A DNA stretch of 64,000 nt from Methanomicrobiales archaeon (lineage in GTDB: Archaea; Halobacteriota; Methanomicrobia; Methanomicrobiales; Methanospirillaceae), in assembly GCA_037137755.1 (NCBI GenBank), contig JBAXJR010000002.1, forward strand, positions 118,951-182,950, in the 5' to 3' direction. Below the pieces are notes generated by a model that made no database searches, was not told where the DNA came from, and was given only the letters and a program-made list of their open reading frames with translations. Below are positions 21,141 through 30,818 of this stretch, in pieces. Position 1 is the first letter of the stretch. Every line of letters starts with the position of its first letter. A program made the position numbers and the translations under genes.

Positions 21141-23330
21141 ATGTTCCTCCATAAATTCATACCATTAACACTTGCCACACTCATCCTTGTGGCAATACTG
21201 GTGTCGGGCTGTACGAATATCCCCGCCTTAACACCGGTAACGACTCCTGTTACAACGGACCTGAAGAAATTCAACTCGACTGCCGAAATTGAGCAGTATA
21301 TCCGGGATTCGATGGCAAAGGACCAGCAGGACGGGTACCGTACCTATCCCGTGACTGGCATGAGATCCGGTGGCTGGGGTGCGGGATCTTCGGGTGGCCC
21401 ACTACTGGCGAGCCAGGAATCGGCAAAGAACAGTATGCCGATCCCGGCACCCGCTGCAATAGGGGCTGTTGATTTTTCCACTATCAGTTCAGGCGTTGGT
21501 GATTATTCAACCACCAATATACAGGTTGCAGGGGTGGATGAACCCGATATCGTGAAGAACGACGCCCGGTACATCTACACGATATCCGGTCAGACCCTCA
21601 CCATCGTCGATGCCTACCCGGCAGAAAAAGCCTCGGTTGTCTCGAAGACTGAAATTTCAGACACGCCAAAAGATCTCTTTGTAACAGGGGACCGTCTTGT
21701 ACTCTTTACCCTTGGATATGAATCACCTGATCACCCGGTAGAAAAATCTGCAACCGGGATAGCAGAGATAATGCCACGGCGACCGGTATACAGCAATGCA
21801 CCGGTCACCCACGTGGTCATTTACGATATCACCGACCGGTCCAGCCCGAAGGTGATGAAGGACTACACGATTGAAGGTGATTATACCGATGCCCGGATGA
21901 TCGGCACCCTTGTCTACATGGTCACCCGCGAGCAGGTGTACCCGTACTACAATGACCAGATTGTTGTGCCCACACTCCGCGAAGGGACAAAGACCATTGT
22001 CCAGCCAGATGTCTGGTACTTCGACAACCCCGACCAGCAGTACACGTTCACCACCATTACTGCCATCGATGCAGCCACCGGGACTGAGAAAAACGCACAG
22101 ACCTACCTGTTAGGCAATGGAAATATCCTCTATGTCTCACCGGAAGCGATGTACGTCAGTTACCAGAAATACCACCCCGTTGTCTACCCGGTGAGGGGGG
22201 GAATGGAAATAGCAAAGCCAATGCCTGCACCCGTGAGCGGGATTGCAGTCTCCGGGGCTTTGGGCTCAGTCTCATCGGCACCGGCCCCGCAGGACTTCAA
22301 CGCCATGAGTGAAGGCGACCGGCAGGCGATCATCAGCGGTCTCCGGAGTGGCGAGCAGGATGCGATCCGGCGGCAGGAGGCAGACCAGACCTCTACGGTC
22401 ATCCACAAGATCGCGATAAAGGACGGGACGATCCAGTATGTCGCGAAAGGTGAAGTCCCCGGGACCCTGAAGAACCAGTTTTCGATGGACGAGTATAACA
22501 ATAATCTCCGCGTGGCGACCTCATCAAGTGTCTACACCACGTCCGGACAATATACTTATAACAATGTCTACGTCCTCAACGGCCAGATGGAGCGGATTGG
22601 AGCGCTGACCCATCTCGCAGAGCAGGAGACTATATACTCCACACGGTTTATCGGTGACCGGCTCTACATGGTGACCTTCAAGCGGATCGACCCGTTCTTC
22701 GTGATCGACCTTTCAACACCATCAAGCCCGAAAGTCCTTGGAAAACTGAAGATCCCCGGGTATTCCGATTACCTGCACCCGTATGACGCAACGCATATCA
22801 TCGGTATCGGCAAGGAAACTGCGACCAATGAATGGGGCGGTGTTTCCACGAGCGGGGTCAAACTGGCCCTCTTCGATGTCTCTGATGTGACGAGCCCGAA
22901 ACTGCTCGACAAGGTGCAGATCGGTGACGCAGGCTCTGACTCTGCAGCACTCACCGATCACCATGCATTCCTTTTCGATCGGAACAAGAACCTCCTCGTC
23001 ATCCCGATCCGGGCGGTATCCATGAGCCAGGTCCGTAAAGGGGACTATTACAACAACCAGCCGCAGGCATGGTATGGGGCGTATGTATTCGGCCTTACCC
23101 CAAAAACCGGGTTCGTCCTCAAAGGCACTGTGCAGCACGGTACAGGGGATAACGGGTACTATTACTACGGTAGCTCGGGGGCGGATGTGAAACGTTCACT
23201 CTACATCGGGAACGTCCTCTATACCATGTCCTCAAAACAGATCAAGGCAAACTCCCTTGACAACATTAATTCTACGATCTCAACGATCCCCTTACCGGGT
23301 ACTGGCGATGTGTATTATCCGATGGTATAA
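21141..23330 (+). CDS. Secreted beta-propeller-domain lipoprotein (COG4880-like)
   Basis: SGCT lipobox after ATG 21141; YSTTNIQVAGVDEPDIVKND, NQFSMDEY, YMVTFKRIDPFFVIDL, GKLKIPGYSDYLHP. Confidence 0.9.
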   Translation: MFLHKFIPLTLATLILVAILVSGCTNIPALTPVTTPVTTDLKKFNSTAEIEQYIRDSMAKDQQDGYRTYPVTGMRSGGWGAGSSGGPLLASQESAKNSMPIPAPAAIGAVDFSTISSGVGDYSTTNIQVAGVDEPDIVKNDARYIYTISGQTLTIVDAYPAEKASVVSKTEISDTPKDLFVTGDRLVLFTLGYESPDHPVEKSATGIAEIMPRRPVYSNAPVTHVVIYDITDRSSPKVMKDYTIEGDYTDARMIGTLVYMVTREQVYPYYNDQIVVPTLREGTKTIVQPDVWYFDNPDQQYTFTTITAIDAATGTEKNAQTYLLGNGNILYVSPEAMYVSYQKYHPVVYPVRGGMEIAKPMPAPVSGIAVSGALGSVSSAPAPQDFNAMSEGDRQAIISGLRSGEQDAIRRQEADQTSTVIHKIAIKDGTIQYVAKGEVPGTLKNQFSMDEYNNNLRVATSSSVYTTSGQYTYNNVYVLNGQMERIGALTHLAEQETIYSTRFIGDRLYMVTFKRIDPFFVIDLSTPSSPKVLGKLKIPGYSDYLHPYDATHIIGIGKETATNEWGGVSTSGVKLALFDVSDVTSPKLLDKVQIGDAGSDSAALTDHHAFLFDRNKNLLVIPIRAVSMSQVRKGDYYNNQPQAWYGAYVFGLTPKTGFVLKGTVQHGTGDNGYYYYGSSGADVKRSLYIGNVLYTMSSKQIKANSLDNINSTISTIPLPGTGDVYYPMV

Positions 23331-23534
23331 GGGAGAACAATCACCGTAACCCATCCTATTTTTAATAACCCTGACCCTTTTCCCGGAAGTGGCTCCGGGA
23401 ATTAAATTTTAATTATAATGGCTTTATTCAGCAAAATACTCCCATATCATCGACTTACAATTAGCCCGATCTACACGATGGATACCTTTATTGCCTCACA
23501 GTGGATTGATGGAGCTTACCAGGTTGTGGGTCTC

Positions 23535-23699
23535 ATGACATTGTGTAAACATTGTGGATTTGACGCCTCCGATGAGGCAATTTACTGTATTATGTGTGGG
23601 AAAAAACTAAAAACCACTGAAGAATCGCATGGCGGGGTAATGATTCACCTTAAAAACATGTTACGTGGCCATACTGCGGATGAAGAGATAACGGTATAA
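23535..23699 (+). CDS. Small zinc-ribbon protein
   Basis: MTLCKHCG......AIYCIMCGKKL double CxxC motif; ATG 23535 is the likely start. Confidence 0.6.
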   Translation: MTLCKHCGFDASDEAIYCIMCGKKLKTTEESHGGVMIHLKNMLRGHTADEEITV

Positions 23700-23936
23700 A
23701 ACCTTTTTCCTAGAACAGGGAACCTCTCCGTGTCATATCAATAGGGCTTGATTTTTAATTTTTTATAAAAAGCACTGAACCCTGGTCCCTGAATTTTGTT
23801 CTGCGGCAGCGTTTGCGCCGCCACCATTTCGCACTCCCCTGAGGTCCCGACAGTACCATTATAACCCCGTGTTCCCGATAGTGGATTAGCGGACTTACGA
23901 ATCAATGATTGATGAGGCGTAACAATATGGCCGGGG

Positions 23937-25835
23937 TTGGAACGATTGGGATACGATGATGTGTACAGGCGGTCAATTGAGCACCCCCTGGAATTCTGGG
24001 GGCAGGCTGCCGAATCTGTACATTGGTACCGCACATGGGACCGTGTTCTTGACAACAGTAACCCGCCGTTTACCCGCTGGTTTAGTGGCGGTATGCTGAA
24101 CAGCTGCTATAATGCACTTGATCGTCACGTAGAAACCGGTAGGGCAGACCAGATCGCATTGATTTACGACAGCCCGGTCACCAGCACCATAAAAAAATAT
24201 ACCTACCGGGAGTTACGTGACAGCGCAGCACAATGTGCAGGCGGCCTTACCCGGCTGGGTGTCAAAAAAGGTGACCGTGTTGTCATCTACATGCCAATGA
24301 TCCCAGAGGCAGTTATTTCGATGCTCGCATGTGCACGCATCGGGGCAATCCACTCGGTAGTCTTTGGTGGATTTGCGCCAAAAGAACTCGCGACCCGGAT
24401 CGAGGACGCAACGCCCAGGGTAGTGATGTGTTCTTCGTGCGGGATCGAGGTAAACAGGATAATACCCTACAAACCGCTCCTGGATTCAGCAATAGATCTC
24501 TGCACGCACAAACCCGAAGCGTGCGTTATCGTCCAGCGACCCGAGGCGAGTGTCCCTCTTATTGAGGGCCGGGACTATGACTGGTCCGCCTTCATGGAGG
24601 GAGCACCCGCAGACTGCGTACCGGTTGCTGCAACAGACCCGCTTTATATTCTCTATACCTCAGGCACTACCGGGAAACCGAAAGGTGTCCTCCGGGATAA
24701 CGGGGGCCACCTCGTCGCCCTCGCATGGAGTATGAAAAATATTTATGGCGTGGAACCAGGGGAAGTATACTGGGCTGCTTCCGATATTGGTTGGGTTGTA
24801 GGGCACTCCTATATCGTGTACGGCCCGTTGTTCAATGGGTGTACGTCTGTCATCTACGAGGGCAAATCAGTGGGTACTCCGGACCCGGGTGCGTTCTGGC
24901 GGGTCATTTCAGAGCACGGTGTATCGGTACTATTCTGTGCACCTACTGCATTCCGGGCTATACGAAGGGAAGACCCGGAAGCCCGCTATCTTCGGAACTA
25001 TGACCTTTCCTCGCTCAGGATGTTATTCCTTGCCGGTGAGCGGTGCGACCCTGATACCCTTGCCTGGGCAAAGGAACAGCTTGGTGTCCCGGTGATAGAT
25101 CACTGGTGGCAGACTGAGACCGGCTGGTCTATCGGTGCAAACTGTGCCGGGATTGAATTACTCCCGGTACGTCCCGGTTCCTGCACGAAAGCCGTGCCCG
25201 GTTATGATATCAGTGTCTTTGATACTGAAGGGAAACAGGTAGCCCCGGGGCAAAATGGCAATATCGTGATAAAATCCCCGCTCCCTCCCGGTTGCCTGAC
25301 GACGCTCTGGCAGAATGATGCCGACTTTGTGAGGACATACTTCTCAACATACCCGGGCTATTATTACACCTCTGATGCAGGATATATCGATCCGGATGGA
25401 TATCTATGGATTATGGGGAGGACGGACGATATTATTAATATTGCCGGTCACCGTCTCTCAACCGGGGCAATGGAGGAGGTGCTGTCCCACCACCCCGATG
25501 TGGCCGAATGTGCCGTAACCGGGGTACATGACCCGGTTAAAGGAGAAGTCCCGGTGGGGTTTATCGTCCTGAAGTCCGGGCGTTCCCGTGTCCCGGCTGA
25601 TATTGAGCGGGAGCTGGTCCTGATGATGAGGGAGAGGATTGGACCGATTGCGTCCTTCAAGGAAGTATCCGTGGTAAAGCGGCTGCCAAAGACCCGTTCT
25701 GGCAAGGTACTCAGGGGGACGATTAAGAAGATTGCGGATGGCGTGGCATTTTCGGTCCCCCCGACGATAGACGACCCGGTAGTCCTCGATGAGATCAGGG
25801 ATGTCCTCATGGGACGCGGGTACCCGAAAGGATGA
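23937..25835 (+). CDS. prpE: Propionyl-CoA synthetase (acetate/propionate-CoA ligase family)
   Basis: AMP-binding YILYTSGTTGKPKG, WAASDIGWVVGHSYIVYGPL, DHWWQTETG and LPKTRSGK. The RDNGGH and HRLSTG features favour PrpE over Acs. Confidence 0.85.
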   Translation: MERLGYDDVYRRSIEHPLEFWGQAAESVHWYRTWDRVLDNSNPPFTRWFSGGMLNSCYNALDRHVETGRADQIALIYDSPVTSTIKKYTYRELRDSAAQCAGGLTRLGVKKGDRVVIYMPMIPEAVISMLACARIGAIHSVVFGGFAPKELATRIEDATPRVVMCSSCGIEVNRIIPYKPLLDSAIDLCTHKPEACVIVQRPEASVPLIEGRDYDWSAFMEGAPADCVPVAATDPLYILYTSGTTGKPKGVLRDNGGHLVALAWSMKNIYGVEPGEVYWAASDIGWVVGHSYIVYGPLFNGCTSVIYEGKSVGTPDPGAFWRVISEHGVSVLFCAPTAFRAIRREDPEARYLRNYDLSSLRMLFLAGERCDPDTLAWAKEQLGVPVIDHWWQTETGWSIGANCAGIELLPVRPGSCTKAVPGYDISVFDTEGKQVAPGQNGNIVIKSPLPPGCLTTLWQNDADFVRTYFSTYPGYYYTSDAGYIDPDGYLWIMGRTDDIINIAGHRLSTGAMEEVLSHHPDVAECAVTGVHDPVKGEVPVGFIVLKSGRSRVPADIERELVLMMRERIGPIASFKEVSVVKRLPKTRSGKVLRGTIKKIADGVAFSVPPTIDDPVVLDEIRDVLMGRGYPKG

Positions 25836-25914
25836 GTGCCTGGCTTCAATGGCACCCGTCCGAATCCCGGGCGAACCATTATCACGAACAAGGGACGGTG
25901 TGGTATCCCGCGTT

Positions 25915-27258
25915 TCAGGCCATCCCATTCTCTCGTCCGAACCGGTAGGCTCCCCTTGGAGCAAAAATCTCAAATCTTGCTCCTACCCCTGGTGTTCCCG
26001 TCTCGCTGATGGAAAGGTTTGTGATCGCGAGGATCTCCCTGCCCAGGAACAGACCGAATCCGGTATTTTTAAAGTATTCCCTCCTGAAAATCTTCTCCTT
26101 CTCGGAACCAGGGACTCCTGTTCCGTTGTCCTCCAGCACCAGCGTGAGGCCTTCCGTGGTTTCTACAGACCTGATGGTAATTTCTGTTACACCTTCCCCG
26201 TGCCGGATCGAGTTCTCGACCAGGTTGTAAAAGACTTTTTCAAGCAGGGGATCGGCATAAATCTCAACCTGCTGGAGATCGACCGTAACTCTTACCCCGG
26301 CCAGGTCAATCGTTGCAATAGCGAGTGATACCGTCTCCCCGATGTTGTACCACCCTGGCGAATGAACCCCTATATTCTGGTAATCCCGGGTGAAAAGGAT
26401 CTGTTTTTTGATCGCCTCTGCGGCCTGTTCTTCCTTTGTTATATACGTGATCAGCTGCGGGTCTGTTGTATCCTGGCGGGAGAGCTCGAGGAAGCCGATG
26501 AGTACGGTCAGCTGGTTGAGGATGTCATGCCGCGTTACGTTATTGAGCAGGTTGAGCTTGTTATTGGCCTGGGACAGGGCTTCCATGGCCTGCTTATGAT
26601 CTGTAATGTCTACTGCGGTGCAGATGATTACCGGTGTTTCGCAGTCGACTGCGGAAACAAGCGCCCATCGCAGAGAACCGTCCGAAGCCAGCAGGCTCAC
26701 TTCAATATCCCTGATCCGGTGCAGGTTATAGACCTGGCTTAAAAAATTGTCACGCACCGCCGCATCCGGAATTATATCGATGAGCGTTTTCTTCTTCAGG
26801 TCGTCGCAGTTGTACCCAAGAATCGTGCAGAATTTCTGGTTTGCCTTGTTTATTTTCAGGTTGACTTTATCGTAACTAAATGCACCAGCCTGCGAATTGT
26901 AATATAACCCACAATTTTTCTCTCCCTCCCTGCGGTATGCTTTTGAATATGTCGAGATGAGAACCCCGAGGGAGACAAAGATATAGAACCAGATCGTGGC
27001 AATGGTGTAGCTCCGGGCATCCGGCAACCCGAAGAGAAAGACGAGGGCCAGGTATACCCAGCCCAGGAGGACCGTCCCGAAAATACTCAGTTTCGGGTGT
27101 GAAAAAGCAATGAGTACGAGCGGGATAATGTAAAAGAAGGGGAATACATCGTAAATGCCGATTGAAAGGCTCCACCATGTAATAAGGATGGCTGTAATTG
27201 TGCTTACGATGATGCAGATATCAAACAATAACAACTTGGCTGGGGTAATAGGCTGCAT
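25915..27258 (-). CDS. Membrane-bound PAS sensor histidine kinase
   Basis: N-terminal TM bundle, one PAS, H-box TRHDILNQ, DNGTG, FKNTGFGL. Confidence 0.9.
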   Translation of the reverse strand: MQPITPAKLLLFDICIIVSTITAILITWWSLSIGIYDVFPFFYIIPLVLIAFSHPKLSIFGTVLLGWVYLALVFLFGLPDARSYTIATIWFYIFVSLGVLISTYSKAYRREGEKNCGLYYNSQAGAFSYDKVNLKINKANQKFCTILGYNCDDLKKKTLIDIIPDAAVRDNFLSQVYNLHRIRDIEVSLLASDGSLRWALVSAVDCETPVIICTAVDITDHKQAMEALSQANNKLNLLNNVTRHDILNQLTVLIGFLELSRQDTTDPQLITYITKEEQAAEAIKKQILFTRDYQNIGVHSPGWYNIGETVSLAIATIDLAGVRVTVDLQQVEIYADPLLEKVFYNLVENSIRHGEGVTEITIRSVETTEGLTLVLEDNGTGVPGSEKEKIFRREYFKNTGFGLFLGREILAITNLSISETGTPGVGARFEIFAPRGAYRFGRENGMA

Positions 27259-27597
27259 AGACGGAACTCACCTGTAGGGACTCCCGGTACCCTTTTTTAT
27301 TGGCCGGTAATGAACAGTTGCGACTATCATCAATAAAGCTATTGAGCGTTACAGAATATCCTGGTATTCGAATACCCAGTTATCGTGGCTCCAGGCATAT
27401 CAGGAGGGCAATTTAAAAAAAGTGTGTGACTAAAAAAGCCACTAACCCCTGACCAGGCGCCTAATATCCCCCGCTATAATAAAGTGGGTAGTTTCCACCC
27501 GGTGGTGAAAGCATTGCCCGGGGATTTGCCCTGAAACGTTCCATAAGCGTGTCGTACAATGGTGAGACCGTTTTACCTGTTGCTGAATAGGCTGGCC

Positions 27598-27864
27598 TTA
27601 ATACTGTAACCGAGACGCATATCGTGAACTATTCCATAGAGCAGTTGTTGTAATAAGACCTGAACCTTCACCCGGCTTCATGGGGGACAGGGTCATCTGT
27701 ACTGGCGAAGCCGATAAGAGCATGGGATTAATCGCAACTAATCCGGTATCAGGGTCTGCATACGGCCCTGCATTTTCATCAGCAAGCACCGGCACCCCGG
27801 TTACGGTGAGACTGAGGGCTATCAGGACGAGGATGAAACCCCGTTTCGAAGTATTGAACTTCAT
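27598..27864 (-). CDS. Small secreted hypothetical protein (possibly frameshift-truncated)
   Basis: ATG 27864 followed by the signal peptide MKFNTSKRGFILVLIALSLTVTGVPVLA. Confidence 0.5.
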   Translation of the reverse strand: MKFNTSKRGFILVLIALSLTVTGVPVLADENAGPYADPDTGLVAINPMLLSASPVQMTLSPMKPGEGSGLITTTALWNSSRYASRLQY

Positions 27865-28097
27865 TGTACTACCTAAATGTCCTGCCTGGTGACTGTCGGA
27901 TATGGACCCCAACCCGGCTGGCAGAGTGCTTTTCTGTATTGGCTCCTAGTAAAATACTGGCAAACAGACAGTAACGGGAAATGTTAGTTAAACCCGGCCG
28001 GGCTATTTTTCAGGAAGCTTAGTTCATCCGGTGTCTACTACCCAGGGTAGGTTGTCATCATTCCGGGGCTTTTAAAGCCAGAAATCTCCTCACTACC

Positions 28098-29297
28098 TCA
28101 TCCGGGTAAAAACCCCGCGTCCCTGATTTTTAGTTCTATATCCTTCACATGGTCCGGCCCACGCGTCTCAATATCAATATCAACGATAACCATGCCTGGT
28201 GGCAGTCCCGGGTCATCCTTACAGTGCCCGATATTGAGGATATTTCCCTCGCACTGCGCAATTAACGAAAGGAGGCCGGCCAGGGATCCCGGGATATCCC
28301 GTAACCGGACTGATATATGCATGATCCGGCCTTTGCGTACCAGTCCCCTGTTGAGGATCTTTGCGAGGAGAGAGGTGTCGACATTTCCCCCGGATATGAC
28401 CAGCACCACATTGCTGCCTTTTGGGATGGAAATATGGTTGTTCAGCAATGCTGCAACGGGGGCTGCACCTGCACCTTCTGCAAGGATTTTTTTCCTCTCG
28501 AGCAGGAACAGCATGGCATCGATAATCTCCTCTTCAGATAGAAGAATTATTTCATCAACAAGTGACTCGAGGACGGGCAGGGCCAATGCACCTACCTGCG
28601 GGACCAGTATGCCATCCGCGACCGACTGGCCTGGAACAACCGTTACCACTTCATCTTTCCGGAGGGCCTCAAACGCTGAAGGGCAGGCCGCAGCCTGTAC
28701 TCCAATAATGCGTACTGCTGGATTTTTTGCTTTCACGGCAATCGCAATACCGCTGATTAGGCCGCCGCCACCGACCGGGACAATGATAGTATCTATGGAT
28801 TGCAGGTCTTCCTGGATTTCAATCCCGATTGTGCCCTGGCCTGCGATGATATCAGGGTCATTGTAGGGGTGAATGAATGTTGCACCATTCACGGCAAGAG
28901 CCGAAGCAATTTCAATTGATTCCTGGAGGTCGTCTCCTTTAAGGATTATATCTGCACCATAACTTTTTGTTGCGGCCTGTTTACTCAGGGAGGCATGGAC
29001 TGGCATTACAATGGTCGCCTGAACCCCTGCCATGCGTGCGGCGACTGCCACACCCTGTGCATGGTTCCCTGCAGACGCTGCAATCACGCCTGCCTTACCT
29101 ATCTCGTTGGTATGGTTGAGGATCCGGTATGTTGCCCCCCGGACTTTGAATGAACCTGCTTTCTGAAGTGTCTCGAGTTTCAGGTAAATACCCAGGCCGG
29201 TCATTTCAGAAAAAGTAGGTGAGTATATGAGAGGCGTACGGATGATATGGGGTGCTATGACCTCTTTTGCATGGACAATATCTTCGTACGTGACCAT
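28098..29297 (-). CDS. ilvA: Threonine ammonia-lyase with C-terminal ACT domain
   Basis: PLP-lysine motif LKLETLQKAGSFKVRGA, ASAGNHAQG, PVGGGGLISG, SGGNVD and ACT domain DIPGSLAGL. Start MVTYEDI at 29297. Confidence 0.92.
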   Translation of the reverse strand: MVTYEDIVHAKEVIAPHIIRTPLIYSPTFSEMTGLGIYLKLETLQKAGSFKVRGATYRILNHTNEIGKAGVIAASAGNHAQGVAVAARMAGVQATIVMPVHASLSKQAATKSYGADIILKGDDLQESIEIASALAVNGATFIHPYNDPDIIAGQGTIGIEIQEDLQSIDTIIVPVGGGGLISGIAIAVKAKNPAVRIIGVQAAACPSAFEALRKDEVVTVVPGQSVADGILVPQVGALALPVLESLVDEIILLSEEEIIDAMLFLLERKKILAEGAGAAPVAALLNNHISIPKGSNVVLVISGGNVDTSLLAKILNRGLVRKGRIMHISVRLRDIPGSLAGLLSLIAQCEGNILNIGHCKDDPGLPPGMVIVDIDIETRGPDHVKDIELKIRDAGFLPG

Positions 29298-29529
29298 ACG
29301 TGGTAATGAAGAGTACACCAATTTAGATGTTTTCGTAAGGGTGTGATACGCGGTGTTTTGCACTGGAATGTTAAAAAACCTGAAAAATAATTGAAAATGC
29401 GTAAATGGTATTCTCTTAAAGTTCCCTTGCGTCCGGGATGGTAGGATTTTCACCTGATAACAGATGAGGATTGCCAGGTAAGGGCCACCAGGGTTATATT
29501 TTCAATTCCACGGGAGTTTAGAGATCCGG

Positions 29530-29892
29530 TCATCCTGGTGATTTCCTGGTGTCGTCAATGAACTCGAGGTTGAACCGGTAGAGGTGCGTAAACCCGCAGT
29601 TCCTGCACCGGACCGTGAAATTCCTGCATCCAATCGTGGTGTCATGGGGGCCGGTCACCTTGCAATGCCTGCATAATGCTGTAGGCTCAAGGCTCCAGAT
29701 ATCATAACATCCTGGCTTGATATAGTCCCCCTTGCTACTGATATCTTCAATAACCGGGACATACGACCTCGTAGCCCCGCAGTTATCACACACGACCTCT
29801 GCACCGTTCGGGACCGCGGTGATGACCTGGTTGACATCCTTCTGGCAGTGGTAGCAGGTAGTCCGGTAACAGAGCGTAATGAAATCGTCCAT
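29530..29892 (-). CDS. Double zinc-ribbon hypothetical protein
   Basis: Four CxxC pairs (CYHC, CDNC, CRHC, CRNC) in two similar halves. Confidence 0.8.
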   Translation of the reverse strand: MDDFITLCYRTTCYHCQKDVNQVITAVPNGAEVVCDNCGATRSYVPVIEDISSKGDYIKPGCYDIWSLEPTALCRHCKVTGPHDTTIGCRNFTVRCRNCGFTHLYRFNLEFIDDTRKSPG

Positions 29893-30095
29893 GCTTCATA
29901 ATCACGAGCATGACCAGATAAAGTATTGCTGCAGTGAACGACTTGCCAACCGGTTGAAACACTGGATATCAGACCCATGGTTGGTGTCAGTGGCCCTCAT
30001 TTAGTAATACACGTGAGAAATTGGAAGCTGAGACCTCAAAAACACTGAAAATAACACGGGGTCAACCGGATCCGGGTGAAGGAAACGGCAGCGGA

Positions 30096-30620
30096 TTACC
30101 AGATGGGGGCTTCCAGGCTGTTCACGATTGCCTCCCCAAACTCATTTGCGGCCAATGGGCCGTTTGCCGTGATTACCCGGCCATCGTTGACAACAGGGCC
30201 CTTCTCGATGACAGCACCCCCTTTTTTCATCTCGAAATCGGAGGCGGGACTCTCGAAATATGTGGCCCTTTTCCCTTTCAGGACCCCCGCATGGGCGAAA
30301 ACAACAGGGGCAAGGCAGATGGCAGCGATTACTTTTCCGGATTTCTGGAAAAATTTTACAAGGTGGACAAGGACCTCATCATTCCAGAGGTGGACCTGTG
30401 AACCTGACCCGCCGACAATAACAAGGCCGTCATATTGTTCTGGGTCGACCTCCTCAAACGAAAGAGTTGCGGTTGTCCTGGTGCCTAGCATCCCTTTACA
30501 GGTTCCCCTTCTGGTGGAAGCGATATCAAACGCAACTCCTGCCCTTTGCAGTGCAGCGACAGGTTCAGTGAGTTCCTCGTCCCGGAATTTTTCTGGTGCA
30601 ATGGCGATCAGGATCTTCAT
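30096..30620 (-). CDS. DJ-1/PfpI family protein
   Basis: FRDEEL, YDGLVIVGGSG, nucleophile elbow AAICLAP, ITANGP. Confidence 0.93.
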   Translation of the reverse strand: MKILIAIAPEKFRDEELTEPVAALQRAGVAFDIASTRRGTCKGMLGTRTTATLSFEEVDPEQYDGLVIVGGSGSQVHLWNDEVLVHLVKFFQKSGKVIAAICLAPVVFAHAGVLKGKRATYFESPASDFEMKKGGAVIEKGPVVNDGRVITANGPLAANEFGEAIVNSLEAPIW

Positions 30621-30818
30621 ATATCCGGGATCACCCCGTTATTATTTGGATATTCCGGAGGTGGCATGTCATAGGTGATTCCGGCACCAGTGCTGAATAA
30701 GGGTGATGTGAGAAAACACGGTGTGGGATTGGGCAGCTATGAACCTGATTAGGCCTATTCCCCTGGCATATTGTATACACAAGATCCTACCGGGTTGAAA
30801 CTTCTTCTACACCTGCAA

